Shown piece by piece: positions 52,901 through 60,000 of a stretch of DNA of 60,000 nt. The notes beneath the pieces were generated by a model that saw only the letters and a program-made list of their open reading frames with translations, was not told the DNA's origin and made no database searches. The stretch lies in assembly GCA_044892525.1 (NCBI GenBank), contig CM097885.1, positions 35,776,001 to 35,836,000 on the forward strand, read 5' to 3'. Numbering within the stretch: the first letter of the stretch is position 1; each line of letters begins with the position of its first letter. The position numbers and the translations under genes are program-made. Origin of the DNA: Schmidtea polychroa (lineage: Eukaryota).

Positions 52901-53673
52901 CTATAGAAAAATTGAATAATTAAAAAGTAGCCAATATAAAAAGTCAATAATAAAACTAAAAGAATCCTCAAAAGAAATCTGTAATAAAAATTAAAGAAAA
53001 TCAAAGAAGACAAACATTCACACTTGGTATAATTGGAATTTGGATCTTTTATTATATTTATGAACAATTTGAACGATTGTGTCTTTATATTAGAGTTTAT
53101 TAAGTGATTCAATCTCGTTATTGTTATTTTTTTCTATTATATACCCTACAAACAAGCACCCCAACTTTCCCGAGACAGTATTCTTTTACAGGTGACTCGG
53201 TTTGGTTCAACAAATTTCTATACAGTAACAACGATACATAATAACAATATTCAATTTTAATATATAAACTAAGACAAAGAAAAATATCTAGCTAGACATA
53301 TCACTTAACATATATTATTATTGGCTATGCATTACAAAAAGAAGCTGATATTTGATATTATTATCTTCTTTTCTATGATGGTTGAGTCACCTAGAAATAG
53401 TTCCTGTTTACAAGTTGCAAGAAATTCGAATGATCGCCTAATCGCAATGCCGTTTTAACTTTCTTATAGATTTAGGTAAAAAACAGATGTGTAAAATTAA
53501 TTTGTTTTGGTAGTTGTATTTCATTCTTTTTTTCGGAAGCAACGTCGTGCAGTGCTGAATACCTTATATGAAATATGAGTATTTTTGTATTTTTTAGAAA
53601 TTATTTAAGCGAAATTAGATGGCGGTGAAAAGTTGGCTTACTACAAACGGTCAGGTACACATGATAATATTAA

Positions 53674-53744
53674 CACATTGACGGACAGATGGAAAATTAT
53701 ATATGGCTATATGACGGCTCTGGACGCAAGTGTCCGTCAATGTG
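53674..53744. mobile_element. Minimal piggyBac-like MITE, 71 bp
   Basis: TTAA-CACATTGACGGACA...TGTCCGTCAATGTG-TTAA. Confidence 0.8.
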
Positions 53745-54006
53745 TTAATAATACTAGATAATGATCGATCTGTAATAAAAATATTTCAGAACACAATAAT
53801 TTTCAAAAAATTGAATCAAACATCGAAAATTTGCTATAAACTTTACTTTATTGAAATTCTAATTAAATTCTATCTATTTTTTGTAATTAATTATTAGAAA
53901 ATTATTTTACTATATATTTAAAACAACTTGTTTAAATCATTTTTTAGTAGCTGTATCAATTTTAAATATATAGCAACTGATTTTTTTAATTTATACGACT
54001 TATTTT

Positions 54007-54156
54007 ATGACTTCAACAACGAGTGATTATTTTATAAATAACAATCAAAAAACCCATAAAAATAATTTGAATGGTTTCAAATATACAATGGACCAAGATT
54101 CTCTATCACAGGATTTACATTTCAAGATGTCAAAGAAAATCGCCCAATTGACGAAA
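54007..54156 (+). CDS. FAM184A: FAM184-like coiled-coil protein, exon 1
   Basis: SQDLHFKMSKKIAQLTK matches the FAM184 N-terminal motif QDLHLKMSKKIAQLTKVIYALNT. Donor at 54157. The A versus B paralogue assignment cannot be resolved. Confidence 0.88.
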
Positions 54157-54212
54157 GTAATTAAAAACACTTACGGAAAAATTCGAAGATTATTATATTT
54201 ATCTATTAACAG

Positions 54213-54434
54213 GTTATTTATGCATTGAATACTAAAAATGATGACAACGAAATGGTAGTAGGCGTGTTGAAACAGCAGCACAGTAAGGAAATACAACAAA
54301 TTCTTGATGAAACTAATAACAGAGTCGAGTTGTTGCAGAATAAAATGAAATCAACTAATATTAATACACAACAAATTCAAGAATTAAAGCAAACAATCGT
54401 TTCATATAAGGATTTATTAACAGAAACAAAGCAG
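54213..54434 (+). CDS. FAM184A: FAM184-like exon 2
   Basis: After a 56-nt intron it reads VIYALNTKNDDNEMVVGVLKQQHSKEIQQILDET; CAG|GT donor at 54435. Confidence 0.88.
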
Positions 54435-55319
54435 GTTAACATTTATATTATTGTAATTATTCATTTGAAAAATTTTGATATAAAATAAATCTTATTCCTA
54501 ATAAATCGCAAACTTACATGAACCGCCTAATTTTGAATCCTGTCACTGATAAACACATGTTTACTTTCAAATTTACAGGGCATCCTTCAGTTTCACCTTC
54601 CCAGAATTGATAGATTAGTTGGAGTTTCTCAGCAGTAGAGCGCAATTGTAAATTCAGAAAAGGAAATCTAAAATTGAAAAATAGAGAAGCGAGAAAATAA
54701 TGATGAAGAATCTTAAGAAACATGGAGCTTTGAGTTGCATATGCAAGCTTCAAGTCTATTAAAACATAAATGAACATTTTCGACTGTGAAATTTTATAAT
54801 AAATTATTTAATTTTATGAAATGTTAAAACTCAAAGCCATAAATTAAAGCCTGTCACTTCTCCTAATTCTGCAAAGGCTTCAATAAAACTTAATAATCCC
54901 AAAAAGCTTTCAAATAATTCCAAAATGTTTACAAAACTCATCACAAAGCTTCAATGAATAACCTCCAAAATACCGCTCTATGTTTTAAATTTATATACTT
55001 TGTTGTTATGATTTAATTAAATGAAAGATGTCACTTGCTTTCTCTTTGGAATTGACTGTCAGTTATCAGTATTTGCTAGGGATTGGCATTTTAAGCCTAA
55101 AATCGTTGTCGCTATTTGCAATATATATACATATATATATATATATAATAATGTACTAAATGCTATATAGTACACAAACCACTTGTTTAAATAATCAGAG
55201 AGAAAATAGGCACGTTTGAAAAAAAGAGAAAGAAGAATATAAGACGGAGATGAAGCTTACCAATAAAATTTGCAGTAACAATTTAGAAAAAACTTTTCAT
55301 CCAGAACTAGTATCGCAGC

Positions 55320-58226
55320 TAGGGAATGCAAATTTTGAGGAAAATAAAAAAATCGGAATTCGAAATTCGCAAGTTAAATATTTCGGAATTCGATCGAATT
55401 CCGAAATATAGTTAATTTTTTAAAGTCTATACAAATAATAAAAATAACTTATTTGAGATAATTTATTGTTATTTATTGCATAATATTACTTTTTTAAAAA
55501 TAAAAATGGAACATAAAATTATATCATTCAAAATGAAATATAAACATAAATGTATTGTACACAAATTCAATTATTACATAACAATATAATATTAGTTAAA
55601 AATTATATTATTTAAAATGTTATATAAACCTAAAATTATTGTACAAAAATTCAATTAGTACAGAAACATTCTAATATGGCATATCATTTAATAAAAAAAA
55701 ATATAAAATTATTCTTGTGTTTGCCTAAAATATGCTTTAAGGAAGCAGAGATCACTTAAAGACGTGTCTCCGAGTCTCGATCGAACTTTTGTACAAATGT
55801 TACCTGCAATTGATAAGGCTCGCTCGGACTCCATGCTCGATGGCGGAATCAAAAATGAGTAGACAGACTCTAATATTTTGCCAAGAACGCCGTTTTCTTC
55901 AAAGAATTTCATTTCAGATTTAATTTTTGAAATTAAGCTCCGGATTGTTATTTGTTGAGTTTTGCTGGAAGGTATGTTAGACGATAAATTCAATTGAATT
56001 TTGTTCTTCAACTTTTGCATTAACGACTGGGGATTGGTTTGTTCTTCCGACATCACTTCTTCCACATCTTCAGCTTCTGACTGCTCGCCTGAGGAAGTTT
56101 CCATGTTAAATATCAATCTTTGTGCAAAGCTTTCAATAACTTTGGCTATTGTATTTTTAATGGTCTAGTAAAAGATTCGTGAATCTCACTTTTTCTGTCA
56201 TTGTGTAAATACTGAAGAGTTTCAGACACATTTGTTCGCCTTTGGGTTATTCGGTTTTCTAATTCTTTCTTCAATTTTAGTGAAAGTTCATCAGATCCAA
56301 AATTCTCAAGCATAAAAGACGCCGCATCAGCAGAAAGCAGATTTGCATCTTCTTGACAAAGGGCGTCAACAGTAAGCTTCACTGGGAGAAGTGCAGAGAT
56401 CATGTTGTTAATCGAGAAAATTTCAGCATCTAGAATAACGATATCAGACGCAATGTCAATCAATGCCTTTCTAACGCAGCTTTATAGTTGGTTAAATCTT
56501 TCAAGCATTTCGACTAAGCTATTCTATCTAGTTCTAGTGTCCATAATAAGTTTCAACTCTTTTCCAAATTCTTGTTTCACGTATACTTGAAGGATATCAT
56601 TCGATGTTCTCGAAAAACGAAATTTCTTTACAATCGAACGAATTTTTTTGATGAGAAAATCAAATCCAAATTCTTCAGTCTCAACATGCTCAGCTTTAAT
56701 ATAAATTTGTTCAATCAAGCCAACACTTTCATCCTCAATGTATTCCTCATCCTCTGATTTCTCGAAGTCATTTCCTTGTTCTTCTACACTAACATTTTCT
56801 TTATCTGTGTGAGCCACCAATTCATCATTTGTATTCGAATTATTATACAGAACATTAACTACAGCTAAATGTATCGCGTGTGCAAAGCACAACTGCTGAT
56901 TACATGGTAAAAGCCGCTCAACCTTTTGCATCACAGCTGCCCCATCAGTTGTTATGAATGTAATATCTTTATCGATATTTAGATTTTTGTCTTGCAATGT
57001 GGTTTTCAGGGCCATAATGCATTTCTCTGCAGGGAAACGTCCTTCAACACGAACTAAACCTAAATTCCAAAATTGTTTCTTGCCATGGACATTCACATTT
57101 AAATAACATCGGTTTCTTGAAGATGTCCATTCATCTATAGTTAAGCAAAATCGTGTTCCATCTTCTTTGAAATTAATTAAATCCTGCATCATTTTAGCAC
57201 GCATTTTTTGTGCGTATTCTAAAACCATTTTGCGAATTGAGTTAGGTGATTTTGGTAGTACATAATCTCGAGCGACTCTAGCCAAAAATAAATTTCTAGA
57301 CGTACAAAAAACTTTGAATGGCATATTATCCAAGGCACACATTCGTGATACAATTGCAGAAAGTTGGTCATCTTTTTTGTTGACTAAATAATTTGTAATC
57401 ATCATTTTTGATGAGCTGCTTTCTGGAACTTTATCTTGCACGAAATCACGTTTTAATACATTAATATTGTGTATTGTTCTTAAATGCGTGTGCTGAGGTG
57501 TTGTCGTTGAACCAGAAGTTTTTACTATTTCATTACATATTTTACATTTTGCAGTTAGTTTTTTTGATCCTCTCAAAAAATGAATCTAAACAGAATTTTG
57601 ATTTTTATATTCCGAATAAATTTCTTTTGATGACATTTTGGGATATACTAATAAAAATAATTTGATTATTAAATTAAAACTGCTATTATTTACTTACCTA
57701 TTTAAAAAATATTGATGATTGTACAGAAAACAAAGTCTAAATATTTCAATATACACTATACTCGATTAAACAAATCTAAACACTTTTGCAAATTGTAAAT
57801 ATAAGACACGAACACGAAGTTATACGAAATATAAAATGTTGTGTGAAATTTTATGCTACATTATATAATGTAATAAATGTAATTTACATAATGTAATTAC
57901 ATAATGTAATTTACATTTATTATTATTACATATGGATATGAAATGAAGAAATGAAACCGTTTAAATTTTTAGCTGCAATTTAGAAATGTTTACTCTATGC
58001 CTACTTGTATTATGTAGAATAACTGTAATTTTGCATTGTCTTCTTTATGTCTTCTTATAGAATATAGAATATTAATATGTACAGAACGAAAACACAATTT
58101 ACAAGTTGGAGTTAGTACGAAAAAATAAATTTTAAATTCGGAATTCGCTGGGAAATTTTCGAAATTCGAAACTATATTTATGAAAACGAATTACGGAATT
58201 CTCGAATTTCGAATATGCAATCCCTG
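55320..58226 (-). mobile_element. Full-length hAT transposon (2907 bp) in a FAM184-like intron
   Basis: TIRs TAGGGAATGCA / TGCAATCCCTG. Perfect 8-bp TSD ATCGCAGC at 55312-55319 and 58227-58234. CGGAATT/TTCGAA subterminal repeats. Confidence 0.97.
55709..57636 (-). pseudogene. hAT transposase with stops and frameshifts
   Basis: BED finger (SV*IHF...KCKIC...HLRTIH), DEWTS, TDGAAVM, CFAHAIHL, TR*NS and PPSSMESERALS motifs. Confidence 0.93.
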
Positions 58227-58482
58227 ATCGCAGCCAAATCATTATCACCTTCATATGGGATTCAGATACCGAAGTCGCAATTTTATAATTAATAAATTTT
58301 TGGAGTTATTGATTATAATGTTAATCATAGTTGCTATAGATTGTTTTTTGTACTTGAACGATTTTTATAAATTTATATTAATATATTTGCAATAAATTTT
58401 AAAATAACTTTTTATTACTGTATTACTGTATTACTGTATATATACACTTACTTATTGAATGACATAATAAATATATTTGCAG

Positions 58483-58741
58483 AAATTTGAATTGTTTCAA
58501 AAAGAAAGTAACGAAAAGACTAAAGAAAAAGATATAAAAAATACCGAACAAATTCAGGTACTCAATCAAAACATAAAAGACCTAAAATCATCATATGAGC
58601 AACTTCTTGATGATTATTACACTTTAAATACCAATATGGAATCTGAGAAAAGGCTGAAAATAGAAAATCTTAAAGTTGATTACGAAAACGAAATCCATCG
58701 AATTACTGAAGAATGGAAAAATAAAGAAAAACAATTAAAAG
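58483..58741 (+). CDS. FAM184A: FAM184-like exon 3 (coiled coil)
   Basis: TTTGCAG acceptor, phase 0 matching exon 2, E/K/Q-rich heptads, G|GTAAAA donor at 58742. Confidence 0.75.
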
Positions 58742-60000
58742 GTAAAAATCAAATATTCCATTTATTTCCGATTTTTTCTAACACAATTATCAATAGTTAC
58801 CCTTTGTATCCAGGTGCGCATTAATCCATGACTTTGAGCTTCTTTGAAAACTTTGATATTAATCAGCAATTTTTCGCGCTCTTAAATGAAATAAAACACG
58901 TTAGGGAAAATTTGCAAAATATAATAAAAATGCACTTTATAAGGATCATGTTCCATTAACACAAAGATTTTGTTAACTTAATATTGAAGCTAAGTTCAGC
59001 ACTAGTCAAGAGCAAACTGTACTGTATTGAAAAAGACATACTTTCATATAAAAAATGATTATGTGGTTATGGTTATCTAGGTAAGCATATTTGGAGTTTA
59101 AAATTTAAGGTTTCATTCTCTCATAGTCAGGAAAAGATTTCGAATGACCATGATAAATCAAATTTCCATAATTAACAAAAAGCGATAGTAAACACAATGA
59201 TCGAAGCTTTTATTAAAAGTCATAAATATTATCAGTAGATTTAAAGACCCTCATTTATTAATATTTTATATATTTCTGTTTCATTCTATTAGTATTTTCT
59301 TTGTATTATCAAATCCAGAAGAACAACGGAAAGACCTGTTTTCTTCACTCATGAATTTAATGTTGTGACGCGGATCATCCATATTCTTCTATAATATTAA
59401 TGTTCAGAATTAGTTCTGATTAGTCTGATATTACCGTTTAGTGGAATAAGGTTGTAGCATTAAATATCGCAAAAACTGAATAATTTTTAATATATCTTAT
59501 TAACTGGAATTTAAGACGAGTTTCCCCTAGAAATATCATTAAAAAACAAGAGTTGTCTAGTATTTGGACCATTCGATTGTTGGGCATTTACGTGCATGAT
59601 TAGACACAGAATAAGGATTAATAAATAAACTTATCAAAATTTATGATTTGATTATTAATATTAAAATTATTTTTCAGTAGCACTTGTAATTATTTAAACG
59701 ATCTCTTATAAAAAATCATAACTATAATTAATTAAAATGGTTTCTATAAATAATAAATAATATCTGTAAATAATGTCCTAACCCTAACACCAATCTTTAT
59801 TGTAGTTGACCTGGTTGAACACATATCGTCTTTCTTGCTTTTGTTAGACGTCCACCGCTTTGTTTCTGTCCACTTGGTGAGGTTTTAGTCTCGTTTTGTA
59901 TGGAAATAAAAAATCGTGCATCTATTTCACCAGGTGCTTTAGAGTTTTGTTGATTTTTTGTTGACACTACCAAAGGTAAAAGATCTGTCAAATGTCTTGC

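Noticed and set aside
55709..57636. Stop-codon reassignment (TAG = Trp)
   Set aside because: Other Trp codons in the same gene are TGG, the gene also has frameshifts and a TAA, and host exons contain no in-frame TAG.
59776..59790. CCTAACCCTAAC as a telomeric seed (also near 50688)
   Set aside because: Only about two units, too short to support an interstitial telomere.

Overview
Very AT-rich eukaryotic DNA, most likely from a compact, fast-evolving animal (inferred from DEF8 and FAM184 homologues and GT-AG introns as short as 29-56 nt). Host content is a multi-exon DEF8-like gene (+, 3174-12330), a four-exon orphan gene (-, 37253-42914), the 5' part of a FAM184-like gene (+, from 54007), a small SAM-like ORF and a PSMA4 pseudogene. 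Most of the rest is nested transposable elements: several hAT elements (one complete with an 8-bp TSD), a pogo element split by a 7.8-kb LTR-type composite, Gypsy remnants, Merlin and piggyBac MITEs, and a decayed Polinton/Maverick-type DNA polymerase. The most striking structure is a ~10.95-kb palindrome (15279-26229). Its ~4.85-kb arms are built from tandem-repeat modules, carry GC hairpins next to AG...CT termini, and extend into a triplicated, folded-back flank. The second candidate system is a tandem pair of LTR-bounded cassettes that lack RT, one with an intact integrase-only ORF. All protein family calls come from motif recognition by eye; no database searches were run.
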